Part shown: positions 42,090 through 51,701 of the stretch, one piece after another | Numbering within the stretch: the first letter of the stretch is position 1 | Layout of the letters: the number at the start of each line of letters is the position of its first letter | Source: an uncultured Verrucomicrobiae bacterium | GTDB lineage: Bacteria; Verrucomicrobiota; Verrucomicrobiia; Limisphaerales; UBA11358 | Assembly (NCBI GenBank): GCA_963755515.1 | Contig: CAVWKA010000003.1 | Coordinates: 4,418-68,417 of the forward strand | Direction: 5' to 3' | Length of the DNA stretch: 64,000 nucleotides | Program-made: the position numbers and the translations under genes | The notes under the pieces: model-generated | Seen by the model: the letters and a program-made list of their open reading frames with translations, nothing else | Database searches by the model: none | What the model was told of the DNA's origin: nothing

Positions 42090-42309
42090 TCTTGAAGTGC
42101 GGTGGCTGTGACACCGCTTTCAATCTGAGGGCGATCCCCAAATGTTCAAGCGTCACCTCAAGGATGAATCCGTGGACCTCGTTTATCTCGGTCCGCCCTT
42201 CAAATCCGCAACCCGAATACGCCGCCCCGCCGCAATAAGGCCGCCTTTGGCAAGTTATCTGCTCAAGAAAATCGGCCGTCGGCGCGGCATCTTCCAGAGT
42301 TGGCCGTGA
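42090..42309 (+). pseudogene. Degenerate N-terminal remnant of an N6/N4 DNA methyltransferase (DPPF motif region)
   Basis: My translation from 42142: MFKRHLKDESVDLVYLGPPFKS.., preceded in frame by ..EGDPQ. This fits the methylase N-terminal pattern YGDnlevLrrHikDESVDLVYLDPPFNS, with D mutated to G. Stops and frame changes lie on both sides, and no downstream catalytic domain is present. Confidence 0.5.
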
Positions 42310-42836
42310 ATCGAATCCGGTTGAATCGCTTTTGATAAGAGCAGTCTGCCTTTGAGTTTCCTGGAATCGGTTCCGGCCGTGGACGCCAAGCTCAAAGCGC
42401 CGAACACGGCGGATGAGAAGTTTGAGGACGTGGTGAATTCGGCGAAGAACGCGGCTGTCTTGGTGTTGGTGTATTGACATGAAAACTGGCTGATAAAACG
42501 GACACCAAAACAGCTAAAACGGGTATAATCGGGTTAAGCAAAAAATCAGCCGTTCCTCTTGCTGGTCGAAATTCAAATTGGCGCGGGACAGCAATTAGAA
42601 ACGGCTGAGAAAAACCAGGGGATTGGAAAAAAGGTTGAAAAAATGACTTGTAACCCTGTGGAGCAGGAAGAAAATCACGAATAAAGCCCACCCCGGTCGT
42701 GGGCATGAAACCAAACCCAACGCCGCTCTCGTCGCTCAGGGCTGACCTCGCACCCACATTTCGCCAAAAAGAGGCTTGATATGCTCCGGCCACGTGGCTA
42801 AAACCCCATTGTTGGGAAAATAACGCCCCGTAATCC

Positions 42837-45545
42837 ATGAAACTGAAAATGTTCATCTTTGCCTTTGCGGCAGGAGTGTGCGCTTTTGGGTCATCATCGT
42901 CTGCGGCTGGGAGTCAAATACTACGCGGTCAAGTACCGGCAGCAATCGCGCGGTTGCATCTGCAACCGATTGGTCGCCTGCCAGCCACCAATCGCCTGCG
43001 TTTAGCGATTGGCTTGCCTTTGCGGAACAAAGAATCGCTCACCGATTTGCTTGAACAATTATATGATCCGACCAGCCCGAACTATCATCATTATCTCACG
43101 CCACAGCAATTCACGGAGAGATTTGGACCGACAGAGGAGGATTACCAATCGGTCATCGCTTTTGCCAACACAAATGGACTCACAATAACCGGCACATACT
43201 GCAACCGCGTCGTGCTGGATGTGTCGGGCAAAGTTTCAGACATTGAAAAAGCCTTTCATGTCAACTTGCGCCTTTATCAACACCCCATAGAAGAGCGCAT
43301 TTTTTTTGCGCCGGACGTTGAACCTTCTGTGGACGCAGGACTGCCGATATTGGACATTAGTGGACTGGACAACTATACACTGCCACATTCAATGGTGCAT
43401 TTAGAGCCATCTGCGGAAAGTGGAATTCCAGACATTGGTTCTGCAACAAACGGTTATTACATGGGCAACGATTTCAGAAATGCCTATGTTCCCGGCGTAA
43501 CGCTTGACGGGTCGGGCCAAATTGTCGGGCTTGTGGATATTACTAATGGATATTACCCGGAAGACATCGAAGCTTACGAGCAGACCGCAGGGTTGACGAA
43601 CGTCACTTTGCAGAATGTCCTGTTGGATGGTGCAAGTGGAATTCCCTCTCCCGACGACAACGTCACTGAATCAGAATTGGACATCGAAATGGCGATTTCG
43701 ATGGCACCTCATCTGTCTGCCGTCGTTGTGTTTGAAGGTGATAAACTGAACGACATTCTCAACGCGATGGCTGCCAGTAACCAAATCAAACAATTCAGCG
43801 ATTCTTGGACCTTTGATGAACCGAGCAATTCAACTGGTGATCAAATACTTCAACAAATGGCTGCACAAGGTCAGTCGTTTTTTAAGCCATCTGGAGACGG
43901 CGATGCTTGGACTAGCCCAATTCACTGGCCCACGGATAGTCCTTGGGTTACAAGCGTCGGAGGAACAGAATTGTCAATGCAAGGTCTGGGAACTTCGTAT
44001 ACTTCTGAAACTGTTTGGAATGTTGGCTATAGTCCCCCAGGATGGTCTGAAAATGGGGCTGGTTATGTGGGAAGCGGCGGCGGAATTAGCTCCAACTTTT
44101 CCATTCCGTGGTGGCAGACCAATACCGACATGAGTGCTAACGGAGGTTCGGCGACCATGCGTAATTTTCCAGATGTTGCTGCAGTTGCTTACAACATTTG
44201 GGTCACATACGGCACTAATCAAGAGCGCGTAACGAGTGGCACCAGTTGCGCTGCGCCATTGTGGGCGGGCTTCATGGCACTGGTGAATCAGAAGGCGGCA
44301 AGCGTTGGCGTGCCGCCAGTCGGATTTGCCAACCCGGTCATTTATGCCATTGGCAACGGGACAAACTACACGGAATGTTTTCACGACATCACGACGGGCA
44401 ACAACACGAACAGCACTTCTCCGACAAACTTTTTTGCGACGACTGGTTATGATCTTTGCACGGGTTGGGGCACGCCCAATGGGAGCAATCTGATAACCGC
44501 CCTTATCTCCGAACCTTACAAGTCCATGCCGCCGGCCGTTACCACAGCCCCGCAGGGTCAAAGCGTTTCTCTCGGCGGCAGCGTCAGCTTTAACCTAACC
44601 GCCACTGGCGAATCTCCGTTGACACTCCAATGGTATCATGACGTAACGCCCCTCGCGAACGACGGAAGAACTCAGATTGCCAGCGCGCACGTCCTCGAAA
44701 CGGTGAATACTTCCAGCTTGACTATCTCGAATATCCAAACCAGTGACATTGGGAATTACTATGTGGAGGCGGCTAATGCTCTCGGAAGCGTCACGAGTTC
44801 CGTTGCGGTTCTAACGGTTTATGTCCCCGCGCCGCCGTTCACAATAACCTTCGACAATTTGCCCACGCCTAATCCAACTGGCGATGGCTCTTTTGATGGG
44901 TCAGTCCCGAACTCATACAGCGGATTAACTTGGAGTAATTTTTCCATTATCAACGGAGTGTTGGAGACCAATAGCGGCTACGCGGCAGGCGTCATATCCT
45001 CAAACAACGTCGCGTATCACGGCGGCACGAATTTCGCCAGCATCAGCAGCGCCGTGCCGTTCGACCTGCTTTCAGCTTACCTCACCGCCGCATGGAACGA
45101 CAGTTTACAAGTGCAAGTACTGGGTTATACCGCTTCAACGGAGACTTATTCCAATAGTTACACGTTGAGCGCAACCGGGCCAACATTTATCAATTTCGAC
45201 TATCTTGGCGTGAATGAAGTTGATTTTACTTCTTCCGGCGGCACACACCATTCGGGCTACGCTGGTAATGGAACGCAATTTGTGATGGATAATATGACGA
45301 TTGTGACTAATCTCGCCGTCAGCGTTTTGCCAACCATTCAAACGACTACGGAAGCGGGCAATACAATTATTTTCGGTTGGAATGCTATGCCGGGGCAGAT
45401 GTACCAAGTGCAATGCGAGACAAATTTGACCCAATCTGACTGGAATAATTTGGGTGGCGCCATCACCGCGACCAATTCGACGATTTTTGAAGTAGATTCG
45501 ATCAGCAACTCGCAGCGATTTTATCGCATTGTTCTGATGCCGTAA
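42837..45545 (+). CDS. S53 (sedolisin/kumamolisin-like) serine peptidase with pro-domain, Ig-like domain, an unassigned beta-rich domain and a C-terminal FYRI module
   Basis: Pro-kumamolisin activation region (RLAIGLPLRNKESLTDLLEQLYDPTSPNYHHYLTPQQFTERFGP), catalytic elements ESELDIEMAISMAP and SGTSCAAPLWAGFMALVNQ, and signal peptide MKLKMFIFAFAAGVCAFGSSSSAA. Confidence 0.85.
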   Translation: MKLKMFIFAFAAGVCAFGSSSSAAGSQILRGQVPAAIARLHLQPIGRLPATNRLRLAIGLPLRNKESLTDLLEQLYDPTSPNYHHYLTPQQFTERFGPTEEDYQSVIAFANTNGLTITGTYCNRVVLDVSGKVSDIEKAFHVNLRLYQHPIEERIFFAPDVEPSVDAGLPILDISGLDNYTLPHSMVHLEPSAESGIPDIGSATNGYYMGNDFRNAYVPGVTLDGSGQIVGLVDITNGYYPEDIEAYEQTAGLTNVTLQNVLLDGASGIPSPDDNVTESELDIEMAISMAPHLSAVVVFEGDKLNDILNAMAASNQIKQFSDSWTFDEPSNSTGDQILQQMAAQGQSFFKPSGDGDAWTSPIHWPTDSPWVTSVGGTELSMQGLGTSYTSETVWNVGYSPPGWSENGAGYVGSGGGISSNFSIPWWQTNTDMSANGGSATMRNFPDVAAVAYNIWVTYGTNQERVTSGTSCAAPLWAGFMALVNQKAASVGVPPVGFANPVIYAIGNGTNYTECFHDITTGNNTNSTSPTNFFATTGYDLCTGWGTPNGSNLITALISEPYKSMPPAVTTAPQGQSVSLGGSVSFNLTATGESPLTLQWYHDVTPLANDGRTQIASAHVLETVNTSSLTISNIQTSDIGNYYVEAANALGSVTSSVAVLTVYVPAPPFTITFDNLPTPNPTGDGSFDGSVPNSYSGLTWSNFSIINGVLETNSGYAAGVISSNNVAYHGGTNFASISSAVPFDLLSAYLTAAWNDSLQVQVLGYTASTETYSNSYTLSATGPTFINFDYLGVNEVDFTSSGGTHHSGYAGNGTQFVMDNMTIVTNLAVSVLPTIQTTTEAGNTIIFGWNAMPGQMYQVQCETNLTQSDWNNLGGAITATNSTIFEVDSISNSQRFYRIVLMP

Positions 45546-45640
45546 AAATCCGTACCACAATGACAAAAGCTGGCACATTTTGAGCAAAGATTTTCAGGCG
45601 GCCAGAGCCATGAGTTTATCGACATCGGCCTGGGCCATCC

Positions 45641-45800
45641 GTGGTTAATTCCGGTCTTCGTTTTCTTTGTTTTCTTTGTTTCCTTTTTTGTAAAAGTTTT
45701 TAGCCTTCAGCCTTTTTCTTTGCGGCCTTCGCGACCCTTGCGTGAGAAGGTGCTTTTCCCCATTCAAATTCGCGTCCCTTCGCGTTCATTCGCGTGAAAG
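45641..45800 (+). repeat. Copy A of a ~160-bp composite intergenic repeat; contains the 34-bp REP-like motif at 45715..45748
   Basis: gtggttaattccggtcttcgtt...tagccttcagcctttttctttgcggccttcgcgacccttgcgtgagaa..ccccattcaaattcgcgtc recurs at 46408..46590 in direct orientation. Confidence 0.75.
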
Positions 45801-45958
45801 CTTTTTTCTTTACCATCTGCGTTCATCTGCGTTATCAGCGGTTAATCCTGATTTTCCCCTCCAAAAATCACGTTCCTGGGCAACATGACGTGTTCCAGCT
45901 TCTGTGCTTAAATCGCCTCATGCGAAATTTGCAGTCGCCACCTTCGCGGAAAATTTAA

Positions 45959-46189
45959 ATGAAAAATTCCAATCTTGCCGAAACCAAATCGCTGCTGTTG
46001 AAAATAGTGGCCGAGGCCCGGGAATTGAGACAGGCGGCAGGACGCCCCGTGACCGACGCCGTCGCGGCCTGGCTTGCGCCGCAATACCTGATGGCCGCGC
46101 GCGACGAGCTGTCGGCAAAAGCCGGAGCCGCCCGCTACGGTGCGTTGCGCACGGCCGCCAAAGCCGCCAGCGGAAACCCCTCCTGCTGA
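45959..46189 (+). CDS. Hypothetical small protein (76 aa) lying between the two repeat copies
   Basis: ATG-initiated ORF MKNSNLAETKSLLLKIVAEARELRQAAGRPVTD.. with an Ala-rich helical look. No recognisable family, and overlapping alternative ORFs exist on both strands. Confidence 0.25.
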   Translation: MKNSNLAETKSLLLKIVAEARELRQAAGRPVTDAVAAWLAPQYLMAARDELSAKAGAARYGALRTAAKAASGNPSC

Positions 46190-46407
46190 ATCCGGGGCAA
46201 ACCCAGTCAAACCCAGTCAAACCGAATCCGGCCCAATCCAACCAATTTTTTATATGCAACAATACAACCGCAGCCGAAATACATAAGGGGCTTTGAAATG
46301 GAATTGTTTTTTAAAAAGAGACACCGTCTGTCCCGGTCCTTGCCGCCGTCAAATTCGCGTCAATTCGCGTCAATTCGCGGTTCAAATCTCCGTCAATCAA
46401 TGTTCCT

Positions 46408-46590
46408 GTGGTTAAATCCGGTCTTCGTTTCCTTTTGTAAAGTTTTAGCCTTCCCTGTCAGCCATAGCCTCAGCGGCGACGGCGGAAGCCTTCAGCCTTT
46501 TTCTTTGCGGCCTTTGTGGCCTTTGCGTGAGAATGAGCTTTCCCCATTCAAATTCGCGTCAGTTCGCGCCAATTCGCGTAAAATTTACTG
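46408..46590 (+). repeat. Copy B of the composite intergenic repeat, with a ~35-bp internal insertion
   Basis: Core 46486..46560 aligns with 45701..45776 with few mismatches by eye. A related tail motif (catctgcgt.atcagcggtt) occurs at ~45810-45845 and ~46872-46905. Confidence 0.75.
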
Positions 46591-46868
46591 TCGAATTTAC
46601 TGTCGTTTCCCCTTATATTACCCACGTTTACTCATGTTTACTCATGAAAATAATAATCCCCCGCAAATGAATGACACCGCGGAAAAATTGCACCGGCCCG
46701 GCCTTTGTTTCCCCCCGTGTAACTCTTCTTTGCATTCTCTGTACTGCAATACGTCCAAGTCACGTAACTTCGCGAGGATTTCTTGTGCAACTGCAAAACG
46801 TCATTTTGTTTCCTTTGGTTTCGGCTCTGCTGGCTGTGTTCTTTCGCGGCTAAAAAACCCGTCCGGCT

Positions 46869-47926
46869 ATGCGTGATCTGCGCCCATCTGCGTCATCAGC
46901 GGTTTCCCCTTTCCGCATTCTTGCGCTGCTCTTCTTCTCCGTCCTTTCTGTCGCCGCCGGTCCGTTCACTGTCCCCGTCACCCGCTGCGCGGATGAGATT
47001 TTGCGGCGCCAAACGTCCGACGGCGCCATTGTAATGGGTGCCATTCAAACAACCAATAACGTCAGTCCTTATTTTGCCAACCTTGCCGCCATCGGTTTGG
47101 TGAAGGCCTCGCAGGAAACCGGCAATCGTCGCTACCTGTCCGCGGCGGAACATTGGTTCGATTGGTACGCCGCGCGCATGAACCCGAACGGAACCGTCTT
47201 CGATTACACGGGTACCCCGGCAGCGTGGCGGTCCACGGGCGATTTCGATTCGACAGATTCCTACGCTGCCACGGCCTTGGAACTGCTGGATGCCATTGAA
47301 CACCAGGACAAAGTCTGGGCCTGCGCCCGCTATGCCAGGGCGTCTCGCGCCATCGCCGCCATCCGGCTAACTCTGCAAGCCAATGGTCTGACCCTGGCAA
47401 AGCCGGGTTGGCCGATTGCATATCCATGGACAACATTGAGGCGATGCGAGGACTGCGCGCGGCGGCGCGGATGGCGGCCGTGACCGGTCATCCCGCCGAC
47501 GCGGCCGCGTGGGGCCAAATGGCGAGCCGCATGGAGGCGTCCATCGCCACCAACCTTTGGGACACCGGGCAGGCCGCCTATTTAGTTGGAATTCAATCGA
47601 ATGGCGCGCGATTCGCGGCCCAAAATACCTGGTATCCCGGCTTGATGGCCGATTTGATGGCCGTGGGCCTGGGGCAGGATTCAAGCCGCAATCGAAATCT
47701 TTACCAACGGTTGATTGCTGAAGATGCGGCGACGATTCCGGCAAGGGCAGCGACGGAGAACGACGTGGAACATCTCGTCTGGTGGGGCTATGCGGCCCGG
47801 TCCGCCGGTGACCAACCGCGCTTCGAAAAGATCCAAGCGGAACTGTCCACGGCGATGGCCAAGCCTCTGCCCGTTGCCAATACCGCCTTGCTGGGACATG
47901 TGTGCCGCTTGCTGGCGGGACAGTAA
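46869..47926 (+). pseudogene. Secreted alpha-helical-repeat protein (possible alpha/alpha-toroid fold, function unknown), with one frame break near 47420
   Basis: ORFs 46869..47483 and 47408..47926 join as ..LAKPGWPIAY(P)MDNIEAMRGLRAAARMA.. if one base is added at ~47419-47422. Signal-like ILALLFFSVLSVAAG. The fold assignment is only a guess from the helix-rich, W/Y-rich pattern. Confidence 0.4.
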
Positions 47927-48246
47927 GTCAAAAAATTGAGCCGCGAGCAGGGATTGGACACCCATGTAAAATCAGAATTGTCGTATGGCCAAAGCCCAAA
48001 CGCGAAGCGTTCGAGCTTTACTTCCTCGAAGGCTTTTGAGCCGGAAGAAATCGCGATGTTCATTGGACAGCCGTCCAATTCTTTGCGGGAACTTATCGGC
48101 CTCCTTAAACGGCGGCTCCGGCCTAAATCTTTTCTAATTCTGGTTCCCGTCGCCATCACTGCCCCGAATTGACAGTCTTTTTGACCTGCGGATAAATAGT
48201 CATTTTACTTGTCATTAAAATTCGATTATAATGTGCAACTCTGGTT

Positions 48247-49732
48247 ATGAGTGACAAATCCAATGGAGAAAAGTCGCGATGCACAATGGGGATGAAGGGG
48301 TTGGACGACATTCTTGGTGGTGGCCTGCCCCGTAATCGCGTTTACCTTATAAAGGGAGATCCCGGCGTGGGCAAAACCACGCTGGCGCTGCAATTTTTGT
48401 TGGAAGGCGCGCGCCTGGGCGAGGGCGGCCTTTATATCACCCTCTCGGAAACCAAGGAAGAGCTGGCAATGGTGGCCGATTCGCATGGATGGGATTTGGG
48501 AAAAATTCATTTGTTTGAGTTGTCAGCCGTGGAAGAAAAACTCAAAGGTGAAACGGAAAGCACATTTTTTCATCCCTCGGAAGTGGAGTTAAATCGGACG
48601 ACAAAGGCATTGCTGGATGAAGTGGAGCGGGTGAAGCCGGCGCGCGTGGTATTTGATTCGCTTTCGGAAATGCGCATGCTGGCGGAAACCCCGTTGCGTT
48701 ATCGCCGCCAGATTTTGCAGTTGAAACAATTTTTTTCAGGGCGCAAATGCACGGTCCTCCTGCTGGACGACCTCACGTCGGGCGCGGAAGATTTGCAAAT
48801 TGAGAGCATTGCCCACGGCGTATTGAGCCTGCAACGGTCGTCGCCGGAATACGGCATTGCGCGCCGGCATCTGCAGGTCCAAAAGATTCGCGGTGTAAGA
48901 TTCCGCGAAGGCAACCATGATTTCGTCATCGAGAAAGGCGGGCTGGTGATTTTTCCGCGGCTGGTGGCGGCGGAACATCATTTCAACTTCCAGCGGGAAA
49001 GTTTTTCCAGTGAAATCGGGGAATTGGATGCGTTGCTGGGCGGCGGATTGGATCGTGGCACAAGCAACATGCTGATGGGGCCGCCGGGCACCGGGAAATC
49101 CACCATTGCCATTCTGTTCGCGCTCGTGGCGGCGAAGCGTCATGAAAAAGTGCTGCTTTTTATCTTCGATGAAACGGTGGGGACGCTGGTGAACCGCGCG
49201 ACGCAATTAGGAATGGAAATCGAGCCGCATATCAAAAGCGGGCTGATCGAAGCGCAAAAGATTGATCCCGCGGAAATTTCCCCCGGTGAGCTGGCGCACC
49301 AAATTCAATCGGCTGTATCACGGGACAACGTCCGCATGGTCATCATTGACAGCATCAATGGCTATCTCAATGCAATGCCCGGCGGAAAAGTATTTAAACC
49401 TGCAACTGCATGAGTTGCTCTCGTTCCTCAACCAGCAGGGCATTGTCACCGTCATGGTGCTGGCGCAGCAGGGGTTGGTGGGAAATATGCGGTCCACCGT
49501 GGACCTTACGTATCTGGCCGATACGGTGGTGATCTTTCGCTATTTTGAAGAACGCGGCGCGGTAAAACAGGCGTTATCTGTCATCAAAAAAAGGAGCGGA
49601 AATCACGAACGCACCATCCGCGAAATGAAAATCGGCAAAAATGGGATTGAGATAGGCCAGCCATTGATCAATTTACAAGGAGTGTTGACTGGCGTACCTT
49701 CATTTGTGGAAGACAAAAAAGGTGACGAGTAA
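48247..49732 (+). pseudogene. KaiC-family double-domain RecA-superfamily ATPase (KaiC homologue), with one frame break near 49379
   Basis: Two KaiC/RadA-like domains with Walker A GDPGVGKT and GPPGTGKS, and Walker B VVFDSLSE and VIIDSINGY. ORFs 48247..49413 and 49262..49732 join as [29 protein letters not shown] when one c of ccc at ~49379 is removed. Confidence 0.85.
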
Positions 49733-49784
49733 CACGGAATTGGCCCGGGCGGAAGCTGAAACATGGCCGACAGAGAAAGTGTCG

Positions 49785-51401
49785 ATGCTTGAACGCCGTG
49801 TTTTGATTTTTGCGCCGACGGGAAACGACGCGCGGCTTACCGCTGAATTTTTGGCAAAAAACAATGTGCCTCCGCAAGTGTGCTCCAGCGTGTCGGGGCT
49901 TTGCGACGAATTCCGCCGGGGATGCGGGGCGATTATTCTGGCGGAAGAAGCGTTGCTCGAAAGATCCATCCTCACGTTGGTCCAACATCTTGCCGCGCAG
50001 CCTGCCTGGTCGGACATTCCCATTATTCTCATTACCAGCGGCGGCGAAGTGAGCCAGACAGAACTGCGCCGCCTTGCCATTTTTGGTCCGGGCGGCAATG
50101 TCACGGTGCTGGAACGGCCGTTCCGTCCGGCCACGCTTATCAGCACCGTGGAAGTGGCCTTGCGCACCCGGCAGCGGCAGTATGAAGCGCGTGATTCGGT
50201 GGAGGAATTGAAGCGCGCCCACGATAAAGCGCAGGCCGCCTCGCGCGCCAAGGATGATTTTTTGGCCGCGCTTTCGCACGAATTGCGCACACCATTGAAC
50301 CCCGCCCTGTTAATCGCCAGCGAAGCCGCGGAGGATTATGCGCTGCCCGAAGAAGTGCGTTTGAACTTTGAAACCATTCGCAAGAACATCGAGCTGGAAG
50401 CGCGGCTGATTGATGACCTGCTCGATTTAACCCGTGTCACGCACGGCAAATTGGAATTGCAACTCGCTCCGGCGCCGGTCGGGCGGTTGATAGCGGATGC
50501 GATAGAAACGTGTCTGGACGATCTGAATCACAAGAAACTGTCCCTCGTCCGTGATATTCAATATTTTCAAAAGACCATTCTGGTGGATGGCGCGCGCATC
50601 ACCCAAATCCTTTGGAATTTGTTGAAGAACGCCATCAAATTCACACCACCGGGAGGCACGATTACGATTCGGACCCGCATCGAACAGGGTGGCGATTCCG
50701 AATATCTGACCATTGAAGTCCAAGACACCGGCCCCGGCATTAAACCGGAGCAGCTTGGACGCATCTTTGATGCGTTTGAGCAGGCCGACCGCAGCATCAC
50801 GCGGCAATTCGGCGGACTCGGTTTGGGTCTGGCCATCAGCAAAGCCATTGCCGAACGCCACAACGGCTCGCTCACGGCCGCGAGCGAAGGGGTTGGCCAT
50901 GGCAGCACCTTCACCCTGACACTTCCCTTCAAAACATCCGGGGAGCCAGAGATGGCCGAAACGGGCCTTTCGGATGCAAACAAGGTTTCGGATACCGTCG
51001 TTCCAATTGCGAGCACTGACCGTCCCCTAAGGATCCTGCTGGTGGAAGACCATCCCGACACCGCCCAATCGTTGAGCAACATCCTGGGGCGGCGCGGGTA
51101 TGTTGTGAAGATTGCGTTCGATGTGGGCGCCGGGCTTAAACTGGCCGCCGCCGAGTCATTTGATTTGGTGATGAGCGATCTCGGTCTTCCTGACGCCACG
51201 GGTTATGATTTGATGAGACAAATTCGCCAAAATTATTCCGTGCCCGGCATTGCCTTGAGCGGTTACGGAATGGAGGAAGACCTGCGCAAATGCCATGAAG
51301 CGGGATTTAGCGGGCACTTGGTCAAACCCATTGAAATTTCCCGGCTTGAAGAAGCAATCTCCCGAGTTGTCCACTGCAATAGAAAGGCAAAAACCTCATG
51401 A
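49785..51401 (+). CDS. Hybrid histidine kinase: N-terminal pseudo-receiver, HisKA, HATPase_c and a canonical C-terminal receiver
   Basis: The N-terminal REC-like fold (RVLIFAPTGNDA..GAIILAEEAL..PIILITSGG..LERPF) lacks the phospho-Asp and the conserved Lys. HisKA DDFLAALSHELRTPLNP; ATPase EVQDTGPGI..GGLGLGLAI; REC ILLVEDHPD..VMSDLGLPD..LVKP. Alternative GTG/TTG starts (49704/49722) would overlap the KaiC stop. Confidence 0.85.
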   Translation: MLERRVLIFAPTGNDARLTAEFLAKNNVPPQVCSSVSGLCDEFRRGCGAIILAEEALLERSILTLVQHLAAQPAWSDIPIILITSGGEVSQTELRRLAIFGPGGNVTVLERPFRPATLISTVEVALRTRQRQYEARDSVEELKRAHDKAQAASRAKDDFLAALSHELRTPLNPALLIASEAAEDYALPEEVRLNFETIRKNIELEARLIDDLLDLTRVTHGKLELQLAPAPVGRLIADAIETCLDDLNHKKLSLVRDIQYFQKTILVDGARITQILWNLLKNAIKFTPPGGTITIRTRIEQGGDSEYLTIEVQDTGPGIKPEQLGRIFDAFEQADRSITRQFGGLGLGLAISKAIAERHNGSLTAASEGVGHGSTFTLTLPFKTSGEPEMAETGLSDANKVSDTVVPIASTDRPLRILLVEDHPDTAQSLSNILGRRGYVVKIAFDVGAGLKLAAAESFDLVMSDLGLPDATGYDLMRQIRQNYSVPGIALSGYGMEEDLRKCHEAGFSGHLVKPIEISRLEEAISRVVHCNRKAKTS

Positions 51402-51548
51402 ACCTCGAACGGCTCTTCTTTTCAGCCTGTCGTTCGCATTGTTGCTGCCAGCTTTCAAATTTGGTCGTCGTAGCTTTTGTCATCACTTAACCATCTGCCT
51501 GAGTAAATTTTCTGTAACCTTTGCCGGGATTTTTCTAAAGTCAGGATA

Positions 51549-51701
51549 ATGGCGTCGAACGAAAGCCATCGTCCTGGCGATGGCGCGGCCATGGGCGCGC
51601 CGGCATTTGTGACGACTCATTGGTCGGTCGTGCTGACCGCGACCGGCGCGGACACCACCAAAGCCCGGGCTGCGCTGGAACATCTCTGGTGGCAAATCTG
51701 G
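51549..51701 (+). pseudogene. N-terminal remnant (~50 codons) of an ECF sigma factor paralogous to 52893..53666
   Basis: APAFVTTHWSVVLTATGADTTKARAALEHLWWQIW versus PTVFATTRWSVVLAAGHGDTTHAGAALEKLCRTYW in the intact sigma. Similarity is lost after ~51700, and no sigma-70 region 2/4 follows in any frame. Confidence 0.6.

Noticed and set aside
41983-42480. 165-aa minus-strand ORF as a real gene between GH31 and the S53 peptidase
   Set aside because: It has no recognisable motifs and is Arg-rich. It lies antisense to the methyltransferase-like remnant, which gives the only interpretable signal in this stretch.
42837-45545. Lower GC of the S53 peptidase gene as evidence for recent horizontal transfer
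   Set aside because: Spot counts of single 60-nt lines: 43381-43440 has 28/60 GC versus 39/60 at 40021-40080. Other locus genes are also lower (25861-25920 has 31/60; 54301-54360 has 32/60). The difference is therefore not distinctive without a proper sliding-window and codon-usage analysis.
47788-48159. 123-aa minus-strand ORF in the AT-richer spacer upstream of the KaiC homologue
   Set aside because: It has no family signature and overlaps the 3' end of the preceding gene. Its composition is consistent with a chance ORF, and its status cannot be supported from sequence alone.
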